From the NCBI RefSeq assembly GCF_006345805.1, contig NW_021828898.1, forward strand, positions 1 to 7,364: a stretch of DNA of 7,364 bases, in the 5' to 3' direction. Below the pieces are notes generated by a model. That model was given only the letters and a program-made list of their open reading frames with translations. It ran no database searches and had not been told where the DNA came from. Below are positions 1-6,930 of this stretch, piece after piece; position 1 is the stretch's first letter; each line of letters opens with the position of its first letter. The DNA is from Octopus sinensis. Lineage: Eukaryota. The position numbers and the translations under genes are program-made.

Positions 1-30
1 ATAATAATAATAATAATTATAATATAATAA
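1..30. repeat. (AAT)n microsatellite, runs off the window start
   Basis: Seen directly: ataataataataataattataatataataa. Confidence 0.9.
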
Positions 31-31
31 G

Positions 32-251
32 ATCCTACGCAAAATACTCTCTATGTAATCCCAAGGTTTAAAACAAACTTTTTTTTCTTTTTTATGTATT
101 AGACAATTCACTAGTACAAACACCCAAAAAAACCAAATATTGCACACTAGGCATAACACAACAACGTGAGCTTCCAACCTGTTGTCTCTTGAGGTCTCTG
201 GGTGAGACTTGGAGCCAACTTGTACAGACATAAAGCTAAAGTCAAACATAG
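32..251 (+). mobile_element. 5'-truncated 3' end of a non-LTR retrotransposon, probably R4/Dong clade (last codons plus 3' UTR)
   Basis: 32-58 translates to ILRKILSM*, resembling the 'GTAxILRKxL' C-terminus I recall for R4/Dong ORFs. It is followed by ~190 bp of UTR-like sequence and is flanked on both sides by (TAA)n, the established Dong target. Only 8 codons are visible, so the clade call is inference. Confidence 0.6.
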
Positions 252-293
<42 letters not shown>

Positions 294-312
294 AATATAA
301 TAATATAATAAT
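252..312. repeat. (AAT)n microsatellite shared by two tail-to-tail LINE ends
   Basis: Seen directly; slightly interrupted (cta, tata). Confidence 0.95.
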
Positions 313-620
313 AGAAATTATTACTGTATACAGTGCTCAGGTGCATCACAACTTGTCAAAAGTGCGTATAAATCATATGCAGTAATGTACAAATGTCTGG
401 AAAGGGAACAGTGTATGAGTCAGATACATGCTTGCGTGTATATGGAGGGGAGAAAATCAGGTGTAGTGTTGGCGAATCTGAGGAAGCATGGAAGTTTTGA
501 AGGATGCAGTGCTCCGACAACTAACAACTGATGCTGGCAGTTTGTTCCATACTTCAACAACTCTTAGCGTGAAAAAATATTTCCGAAAGTCAAGGGAGCT
601 GTGCTGTTTTCTGACTTTGT
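313..620 (-). mobile_element. 5'-truncated CR1/L2-group LINE 3' end (ORF2 C-terminus plus 3' UTR, ending in an (ATT)n tail)
   Basis: Minus-strand 618->457 translates to KVRKQHSSLDFRKYFFTLRVVEVWNKLPASVVSCRSTASFKTSMLPQIRQHYT*. This matches the characteristic CR1-type ORF2 end motif 'FFxxRVVxxWNxLPxxVVxxxSxxxFK'. Confidence 0.85.
457..618 (-). pseudogene. C-terminal 53-codon remnant of CR1-like ORF2 (reverse transcriptase protein)
   Basis: Manual translation: open frame with no start codon, stop (TGA) at 459-457. Not in the supplied ORF track. Confidence 0.8.
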
Positions 621-657
621 GAATGTAAGAATGTAAGAATGTAAGATTGTAAGAATG
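621..657. repeat. 8-bp tandem repeat (GAATGTAA) x ~4.6
   Basis: gaatgtaa gaatgtaa gaatgtaa gattgtaa gaatg. Confidence 0.9.
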
Positions 658-989
658 GCAGAGGAATGAGGTTCAATAAATAAATCGGATGGATGTTACA
701 ATTCTAACCTGAAGGAGGATGAGTTAAAATGGGGTGGGAGGAGAAAGTTTCGAATTATGGGCAAAAGTATTTTCGTTCGCCTATCTGTGCTAGAAACTTC
801 ACGGTTCACCAGTTCAATTATTATAAGTACAGAGACGAAAACCCGATCAACTCTCCAACCAACGATCCGACCGAACAACCTGAGTTCACTCAAGCACTGT
901 TCATCGAATCCTAACCTATTCAGTTCGATGTTAAATTGACAACCAAGATTATCTTTATTGACCTTGAGAAAGGTCTGTTTTGATCCAAA

Positions 990-1386
990 TCTTTATATAT
1001 AAAAGTGAATTTGTGTGTCTGTCTCCTACGATTTAGATTCCTAACTACTCCCACATTTTGCGGTGCAGTTTAAACAAAACCGGGTATCTTATAGTCGTGA
1101 TTCATATCGAGCCCTTCTGGGTATTAGCGCGCGTCTTCGATGAGTCTACGATTTAAAAAAAAAATTACCGTCATTTTTTTCCATTTTAATGCATTTTTTC
1201 GCTATTATATAAGGGAAGTAACTCTCTAAAAATGTCTACGATGAGTCAACGATTTAAAAAAAAAATTACCATCATTTTTTTCCATTTTTAATGCATTTTT
1301 TTGCTATGTTTTGGCTATAAATCTCTAAAAATGCTTATATAGTTATTTCCCTTACAAACCCGAGCAACGCCGGGCGATACTGCTAG
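990..1386 (+). mobile_element. Complete non-autonomous Helitron (copy 1, 397 bp)
   Basis: Starts with TC (990) after A and ends with CTAG (1383-1386) before T, i.e. an A|T target with no TSD. GC-rich subterminal hairpin CCCG(A)GC-AAC-GCCGGG at 1359-1374, 8 nt before CTAG. A second copy at 5136-5539 has the same two boundaries. Confidence 0.9.
1133..1333 (+). repeat. ~100-bp imperfect tandem duplication inside Helitron copy 1
   Basis: gtcttcgatgagtctacgatttaaaaaaaaaattaccgtcatttt (from 1133) recurs as gtctacgatgagtcaacgatttaaaaaaaaaattaccatcatttt (from 1234). Both units end in ctctaaaaat. Confidence 0.85.
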
Positions 1387-1463
1387 TACTATTATAAAAA
1401 TTAAAAATTTTGTTGTACTTCAAAATTGCATTTTTACAGGTTTAATAAATACTCCTTCAATTC

Positions 1464-1550
1464 CACGCACACACTCATACACATTTTGTCACGCAGACGC
1501 TCATACACACTTTCTCACACACGCACTAATATACACTTTCTCACGCACAC
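1464..1550. repeat. 26-bp minisatellite x ~3.3 built on a CA-rich unit
   Basis: Units start at 1464, 1490, 1516, 1542: cacgcacacactcatacacattttgt / cacgcagacgctcatacacactttct / cacacacgcactaatatacactttct / cacgcacac. Confidence 0.8.
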
Positions 1551-1865
1551 AAGAGATCATCCGGAGTTTGCGTTCAATAAGTGAAACCGTTCAGTTCAAA
1601 TGAAAGCAATAAATGATTTTTTAATATACGCGGTAAATCGTTGGAATTTTGGCAGCGACTCAAGTTTTATGTTCGAGTGGAACATCTTACGTTATTTCGG
1701 ATAATCACCTTATTTATTCTTCAGGTTGCGTCGGGAATCAGAAAACATAACGCGTAGTACATTCTGTAACTGAATAAGATTAAGTTTCTGTTAGCCAACA
1801 TAAAGAAATTTCTCGCTCCACGAACATGAAGCCTAGGCTTACGCTAAGTAGCCATTAAACTAATG

Positions 1866-1892
1866 TATATATATATATATATCAAAACTCCC

Positions 1893-1986
<94 letters not shown>
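1866..1986. repeat. (TA)n followed by a perfect (ATCT)n tetranucleotide array (1893-1986)
   Basis: Seen directly. Confidence 0.97.
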
Positions 1987-2012
1987 GTGTCTGTGCGCGC
2001 GCGTGAGTACAA

Positions 2013-2172
2013 GCGCAGGAGTGGTTGTGTTGTAAGAAATTTAACTCCGGCCACATGGTTCCGGATTCAGTATCACTGCGTGACATTTTGGGCAAGTTTC
2101 TTCTGCTACAGCCTTGGGTCTACCAAAGCATTATGAGTGGATTTGGTGGATGAAAATTGAAAGAGGTCCGTC
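2013..2172 (+). mobile_element. 5' half of tRNA-derived SINE family 1 (diverged copy)
   Basis: Aligns by eye to 6067-6230 and 6716-6878 (gcaggagtgg..ccacatggttcc..ttgggcaagt..ccaaagc..gagtggatttggt..tgaaaga..ccgtc). It stops at the family's internal (TA)n tract (2176-2207). Confidence 0.85.
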
Positions 2173-2207
<35 letters not shown>

Positions 2208-2211
<4 letters not shown>

Positions 2212-2400
2212 ATCCAAACATGAAAACACAACGCGAGGACGTGGAACAAGTATAGTGTTATTGGACGCTCAGGAAAGGAAAGAAAGAAGGAGGATTTAAC
2301 GTTTCGAGCGGAGCTCTTCGTCAGAAACATAGAAAAACGAAAGATCCAAGGAAGGGAAGACGGAAGAAAAAAATCGCCAACGATACACATGAGGTCACAT
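2208..2400 (-). mobile_element. Penelope-like element terminal-repeat (pLTR) fragment next to (TA)n
   Basis: Contains a hammerhead-like core on the minus strand. Shares acgctcaggaa..acgtttcgagc..gctctt..cagaaa with 3492-3675. Minimal hammerheads in the terminal repeats of Penelope-like elements are established. The family call is inferred, since no RT or GIY-YIG coding sequence is present. Confidence 0.6.
2294..2328 (-). ncRNA. Minimal type I hammerhead ribozyme-like motif 1
   Basis: Minus strand: GUUU-CUGACGA-A-GAGC-UCC-GCUC-GAAA-CGU-U-AAAU. This gives the core boxes CUGAnGA and GAAA, a 4-bp stem II, palindromic ACGU as stem III, a GUU triplet and stem I GUUU/AAAU. Activity not shown. Confidence 0.6.
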
Positions 2401-2520
2401 GTTTGAAAGTCTTTGTGAAAATTACTTAATACAGTTTTTAAGTATAAAGGAGAGTTTTTAAAAAATTATTTTTATAAAGAGGTTATAAAATCTTTTGAAA
2501 AATCATTAAAAGAAATCCCA

Positions 2521-2575
2521 TATATACACACACACACACACACACACAAATACACACACACACATATATATATAT
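2521..2575. repeat. Compound (TA)/(CA)n microsatellite
   Basis: Seen directly. Confidence 0.9.
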
Positions 2576-2941
2576 CTTTTACATCTTTTACTTGTTTCAG
2601 TCATTTGACTGCGGCTATGCTGGAGCACCGCCTTTAGTCGAGCAAATTGACACCAGGACTTATTCCTTGTAAGCCTAGTACTTATTCTATCCGACTCCTT
2701 TGTCGAACCGCTAAGTTACATGAATAAACACACCACCATCGGTTGTCAAGCGATGTTGGGGGAACAAACACAGATACACACACACACACACATATATATA
2801 TACATATATACGGCGGGCTTCTTTCCGTTTCCGTCTACCAAATCAACTCACAAGGCTTATGTCGGCTCGAGACTATAATAGAAGACACTTGCTCAGAACC
2901 ACGTAGTTGCAAGCTACTAACCACACAGCCACTACTGCGCC
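2576..2941 (-). mobile_element. Near full-length tRNA-derived SINE family 1, antisense copy with the B-box region deleted
   Basis: Reverse complement of the 6067-6496 and 6716-7155 copies, from the ggcgcag head to the gaaacaagtaaaaga tail, with internal (CA)/(TA)n at ~2775-2810. The segment carrying GGTTCAGTCCC is missing near 2896. Confidence 0.9.
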
Positions 2942-2979
2942 TTAAAAAGTACTCTAGCAGCATATCCATATGCATACAC

Positions 2980-2980
<1 letters not shown>

Positions 2981-3063
<83 letters not shown>
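2981..3063. repeat. (CA)n then (TA)n microsatellite
   Basis: Seen directly. Confidence 0.97.
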
Positions 3064-3089
3064 AACACATACATATATGCATATAATTA

Positions 3090-3225
3090 TGTCTGCTTTT
3101 GTCTTCCAGCACTGCCTGGCAATCGGTGTTGGTGGGTTTACGTCCTAATAACGTGGTGATAACAGACCAACAGAATATGTACCACGCTTTAACAGTTATA
3201 AGCACTAAGAGCGATTCATTCCACA
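3090..3225 (+). mobile_element. Diverged 3' half of SINE family 1
   Basis: tttgtc..gcctggcaatcggtgttggtgggtttacgtcc..agaccaacagaatatgtacc..aag..cgatt aligns by eye with 6295-6430 (tttgtcc..gcttgacaaccgaggctggtgtgtttacgtcc..gatagaataagtact..cgatt). Confidence 0.65.
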
Positions 3226-3259
3226 AAAAATGCTTCGCTGTGTTATATCGAAATTATCG

Positions 3260-3466
3260 GATGTTATACACCGCTGGCCACAATGCGCTTTTTCGCATTG
3301 TTGTAACTTTTGAATGGTGCCAGTTCTTTGCAGGGTTACTCATTCGAAGTTGAATGGACTGGAGCAGCGAGGAATGGAGTATTTTTCTCAAGAACACAAA
3401 ATGCTGCGAAGCTGTTAATCAAAACGACGATTTTGGGATCATGATTGCTACACCCAAACTACTAGA
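3260..3466 (-). mobile_element. Old, internally deleted tRNA-derived SINE family 2 (head/central domain ~3466-3330, tail ~3322-3260)
   Basis: Minus strand has tgtgttcttgagaaaaatact..tgctccagtccattcaact..aatgagta, resembling the conserved central domain of many metazoan SINEs (recalled, not searched). The tail is homologous to 4732-4792, including the ACAATGCG/CGCATTGT stem. Confidence 0.6.
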
Positions 3467-3491
3467 GCACACACACACACATATATATATA

Positions 3492-3675
3492 GGGAAAGTT
3501 TACGAAAAAAAAAAAAAGACGAAGACAGGTGGTGTACAAAACAAACAGATGTATTAGTATAACGCTCAGGAATAGGAAAAGTCTTTTACGTTTCGAGCCT
3601 ACGCTCTTCTACAGAAAGCGACACAGAAAAAAAACAAGGAGAGCAAAAAAAGGAGAAAAAGAAAAGAGAATGGAT
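3492..3675 (-). mobile_element. Second Penelope-like terminal-repeat fragment (different subfamily) next to (TA)n
   Basis: Same layout as 2208-2400 on the + strand: (TA)n, A-rich arm, acgctcaggaa (3562-3572), hammerhead-like motif, purine-rich arm. Confidence 0.55.
3583..3618 (-). ncRNA. Minimal hammerhead ribozyme-like motif 2 with variant core (CUGUAGA)
   Basis: Minus strand: CUUU-CUGUAGA-A-GAGC-GUAG-GCUC-GAAA-CGU-A-AAAG. Perfect stem I CUUU/AAAG, same stem II with a different loop, GUA triplet. The normally conserved A6 is U, so it may be inactive. Confidence 0.45.
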
Positions 3676-3732
3676 GTGTGTGTGGTGTGTGTGTGTGTGC
3701 TCACGTGTGTATGTGCTCGTGTGCGCGCGTGC
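3676..3732. repeat. Degenerate (GT)n/(GC)n tract
   Basis: Seen directly. Confidence 0.8.
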
Positions 3733-3970
3733 TGAAGGAGCGCACTGTTGGATATTAGTAAAAAGAATATTAAATGGGGTCAAAGTTCAATATTTCCACA
3801 GTGACATTTTAATAGCTGCAGATTAATTATGATATATAGTATTACTGTAGCGAAGAAGTTTATATGGATATTTGCAGGAGAGAACGGGCACCAAATACTG
3901 CTTCGATTTTCGGGAATCTTCTGAAGAGATTTTGGATGTCTTCATTTCAAACACCCGGACATATATTCAA

Positions 3971-4017
3971 TGCGCGTGTGTGTGTGTTTGTTTATTTGTT
4001 TGTGTGTGTGTGTGTGT
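3971..4017. repeat. Interrupted (GT)n tract
   Basis: Seen directly. Confidence 0.85.
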
Positions 4018-4163
4018 TAAGGCAGAAATTTCCTGCTGCTGCTCTTGTATATTTAAAGTGTCTTCTAAAAGTCACCCCCATCAAACTGTCAGAATTTATA
4101 ATATATAGGCGTCTAGATGCTGGTGTATATATATATTGATGCTTATTTGTATTCGCTGGTCGG

Positions 4164-4189
4164 TATACATACATACATTTATATGTATA

Positions 4190-4265
<76 letters not shown>

Positions 4266-4302
4266 CACGTGTGTGTGTGTACATACATATATACATACAT
4301 AC
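4164..4302. repeat. Compound (CATA)/(CA)n/(TA)n/(GT)n microsatellite
   Basis: Seen directly. Confidence 0.95.
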
Positions 4303-4303
4303 G

Positions 4304-4400
4304 TAGACAGACAGATAGGTAGATAGATAGATAGACAGACTGACAGATAAATAGATGGATAGATAGATGGATGGATATATGGAGATAGATGGATAGATGG

Positions 4401-4468
<68 letters not shown>
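4304..4468. repeat. (AGAT)n array, degenerate 5' part and perfect from ~4401
   Basis: Seen directly; reverse complement of the (ATCT)n at 1893-1986. Confidence 0.97.
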
Positions 4469-4666
4469 TGATCACATACATATGTGTGTGTGACTGAAAT
4501 TTTTCTCTCTACTGCTCTTCCTATTTTTATACCGTTGGGTTATATGTTTTGTTGTGGGATTAGGTTTATAGGTGCATGAGTGTTCTAATTTATGTGTTTG
4601 TATAATGATGTATATGCAGATATATGTGTATCTTCTTACTCGTACATAGGAATATGTATGTGTATG

Positions 4667-4669
<3 letters not shown>

Positions 4670-4699
<30 letters not shown>
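4670..4699. repeat. (TA)n
   Basis: Seen directly. Confidence 0.95.
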
Positions 4700-4701
<2 letters not shown>

Positions 4702-4813
4702 CCAGATCACCGTGACCGACCAGGCCATCAATGTTGCTACACATCGCTGGTCACAATGCGCTTCGCATTGTTTTAGCCTTTAAATAATGCCACCCCGCTG
4801 GCTAAGCGAGCAC
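4700..4813 (-). mobile_element. 5'-truncated 3' tail of SINE family 2 (or its partner LINE) inside a (TA)n tract
   Basis: GC-richer ~115-bp island flanked by (TA)n on both sides. Homologous to 3260-3322, with stem-loop ACAATGCG-CTT-CGCATTGT at 4753-4771. Strand inferred from the linked head at 3330-3466. Confidence 0.7.
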
Positions 4814-4818
<5 letters not shown>

Positions 4819-4849
<31 letters not shown>

Positions 4850-4862
4850 TATATATATATTA

Positions 4863-4901
<39 letters not shown>

Positions 4902-4981
4902 CAAATAATACATAAGTACATATGCGTATATACATATATATGTACGTACCTACATCTACATGTATATATACATGCATATAT
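4819..4981. repeat. (TA)n decaying into degenerate TA/CA/TG repeats
   Basis: Seen directly. Confidence 0.9.
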
Positions 4982-5110
4982 GGGTACAGGAAACGAAAAC
5001 ATAAACACAAAACCCAAGGAAATGGACATTTTTCTTAAACAACGAATACAAGGGCATAGAGCACAAGGAAAATTCCCCTTCTTCAGTCGCCTCTGTTTCA
5101 TCTACTCCGC
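4982..5110. mobile_element. Probable repeat fragment between TA tracts, possibly another Penelope-like terminal piece
   Basis: A-rich arm starting right after the TA-rich tract, as in the two other fragments. No hammerhead core is visible. The call rests on context and recollection only. Confidence 0.3.
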
Positions 5111-5135
5111 AATTTTATATATATATATATATATA

Positions 5136-5539
5136 CTAGCAGTATCGCCCGGCGTTGCTCGGGTTTGTAAGGGAAATAACTATATAACTATATAAGCATT
5201 TTTAGAGATGTAAAGTATAATAGCCATCTCAATATGGCTAACCACAAAGGAGGTGGGGGTGTTACTGTAGCTTTTTACGTTCTGAGATTTAATAATAAAT
5301 TTTTAGAGAGTTACTTCCCTTATATATGCCAAAATGCTTAAAAATGGGAAAAATTGATGGTAAATTTTTTTTAAATCGTAGACTCATTGTAGACCGCGCG
5401 CTAATACCCAGAAGGGATCGATATGATCACGACTATAAGATACCCGCTTTTGTTAAACTGCACCGCAAAATGTGGGAGTAGTTAGGAATCTAAATTGTAG
5501 GAGACAGACAGCACACAACCTCTCTTTTATATATAAAGA
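5136..5539 (-). mobile_element. Complete non-autonomous Helitron (copy 2, 404 bp)
   Basis: Minus strand reads A|TCTTTATATATAAAAG...CCCGAGCAACGCCGGGCGATACTGCTAG|T, with termini identical to 990-1386. Confidence 0.9.
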
Positions 5540-5550
5540 TATAGCTTGAA

Positions 5551-5767
5551 CGAGGGAGTACTGAAAAGTCCCTGGCTTTAAGGGTATCGCAAAAGGCCTG
5601 GTTGGATGCCCAACCTTCCTAGTTCTTTTACAGGGCTTAGAAAAACTGAAGGACCACTGCAATAAATGTGTGAATCTGAGAAGGGAATATACTGAATAAA
5701 ATCACAATTGACTGATCTTCCAGTATTTTCTTTTGCCCAAAGCCAGGAACCTTTCAGCACCCACTTG
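5551..5767 (+). mobile_element. Mariner-type MITE (internal-deletion derivative) with 29-bp TIRs
   Basis: Left TIR cgagggagtactgaaaagtccctggcttt (5551-5579) matches the reverse complement of 5739-5767 at 23/29 positions. TA on the right flank (5768-5769), AA on the left. Internal 5631-5699 encodes QGLEKLKDHCNKCVNLRREYTE*, resembling the mariner transposase C-terminus (GIxKLxxRWxKCVxxxGxYxE), preceded in another frame by AWLDAQPS*FF. Confidence 0.85.
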
Positions 5768-6066
5768 TAGCTGTAATCTTCTCACTAGACGCTCTGTCTG
5801 GTTGTGTGAAACCCAGTATCTGAAGATGGGTACTAAGGCAGTCAGTTACGTAGCGAAGTGTTCTAATGGTTATCAGGTCGATATCTAAAACTATAGACGG
5901 ATGGGGGTCACTGCAGATTTTTCCTTCAGTTTGGCATGGGCGCTTATTTTAATAACTTTATAACATTACGTTTAACTCTACTAAGCCACTGATTTCATCT
6001 ACTTCGCGAAGTTTCTTTTCTTTGTCCCTAATTACTTTGTCTGGCGTGTTAAGCTTAGATATTATT

Positions 6067-6233
6067 GGAGTGGCTGTGTGGCTGTGTGGTCAGTAGCTTG
6101 CTTACGAACCACATGGTTCCAGGTTCAGTCCCACTGCGTGGCATCTTGCGCAAGTGTCTTCTACTATAGCCTCGGGCCGACCAAAGCCTTGTGAGTGGAT
6201 TTGGTAAACGGAAACTGAAAGAAGCCCGTCGTA

Positions 6234-6275
<42 letters not shown>

Positions 6276-6496
6276 GCGTGTGTATATGTTGTTGTGTCTG
6301 TGTTTTGTCCCCACATCGCTTGACAACCGAGGCTGGTGTGTTTACGTCCCCGTAACTTAGCGGTCGGCAAAGAGACACGATAGAATAAGTACTAGACCTA
6401 CAAAGAATAAATCCTGCGTTCGATTTGCTCGACTAAAGGCGGTGCTACAGTATGGCCACAATCAAATGATTGAAACAAGTAAAAGAGTAAATGAGT
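6067..6496 (+). mobile_element. Full-length tRNA-derived SINE family 1
   Basis: A-box-like TGGCTGTGTGG (locally duplicated by 8 bp), B-box-like GGTTCAGTCCC (6122-6132), internal (TA)/(TG)n at ~6232-6290, 3' tail gtaaaagagtaaatgag. High by-eye identity to 6716-7155 and to the reverse complement of 2576-2941. Confidence 0.92.
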
Positions 6497-6668
6497 CTAT
6501 ATACACCACAGACGCATACATACAAACATACATATACAGTATATACATACAATACATTCATATATACAATAGGTACATGCAAAATATACATACAATACAC
6601 TCAATGATACAATACATACATATATGCATGCATGCATACATATATACATACATACATACACACATATC
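6497..6668. repeat. Degenerate (CATA)n low-complexity tract
   Basis: Seen directly. Confidence 0.8.
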
Positions 6669-6715
6669 TAGATGCACCAACTGACATGGATTTCTTAGGA
6701 GTTTGTAAATATGTA

Positions 6716-6887
6716 GGCTTAGGAGTGGCTGTGTGGTAAGTAGCTTGCTTACCAACCGCATGGTTCCAGGTACAGTGCGACTGCGTAGCACCTTGGGCAA
6801 GTGTCTTCTACTATAGCCTCGGGCCGACCAAAGACTTGTGTGTGGATTTGGTAGACGGAAATTGAAAGAAGCCCGTCGTATACATAC

Positions 6888-6930
<43 letters not shown>

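Noticed and set aside
696-939. Three overlapping 60-65 aa ORFs in non-repetitive-looking sequence
   Set aside because: Short, mutually overlapping, with no recognisable motif or exon structure. An exon cannot be fully excluded without RNA data.
1464-1550. CRISPR-like regular spacing here, at 1133-1333 and at 7235-7364
   Set aside because: These are tandem or two-copy repeats without a series of unique spacers. There are no cas genes and the context is eukaryotic.
1431-1860. Splice-acceptor-like sites (tttttacag|g at 1439, tattcttcag|g at 1724)
   Set aside because: Such motifs are common by chance in AT-rich DNA, and I found no convincing donor or coding frame.
3921-3965. CTGAAGA hammerhead box on the + strand (also at 5820), and a ccgggtgtttg Tc1-TIR-like end on the minus strand
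   Set aside because: No stem II plus GAAA follows either CTGAAGA. No partner TIR or TA target site was found.
990-5539. One large composite DNA transposon with ~400-bp TIRs
   Set aside because: Each arm has its own complete Helitron termini and A|T target, the arms differ by an internal module, and no flanking target-site duplication is visible. Two independent insertions explain it.
6067-6140. tRNA gene
   Set aside because: A/B-box-like motifs are present but I cannot form a full cloverleaf, and the sequence continues into a repeated SINE body.
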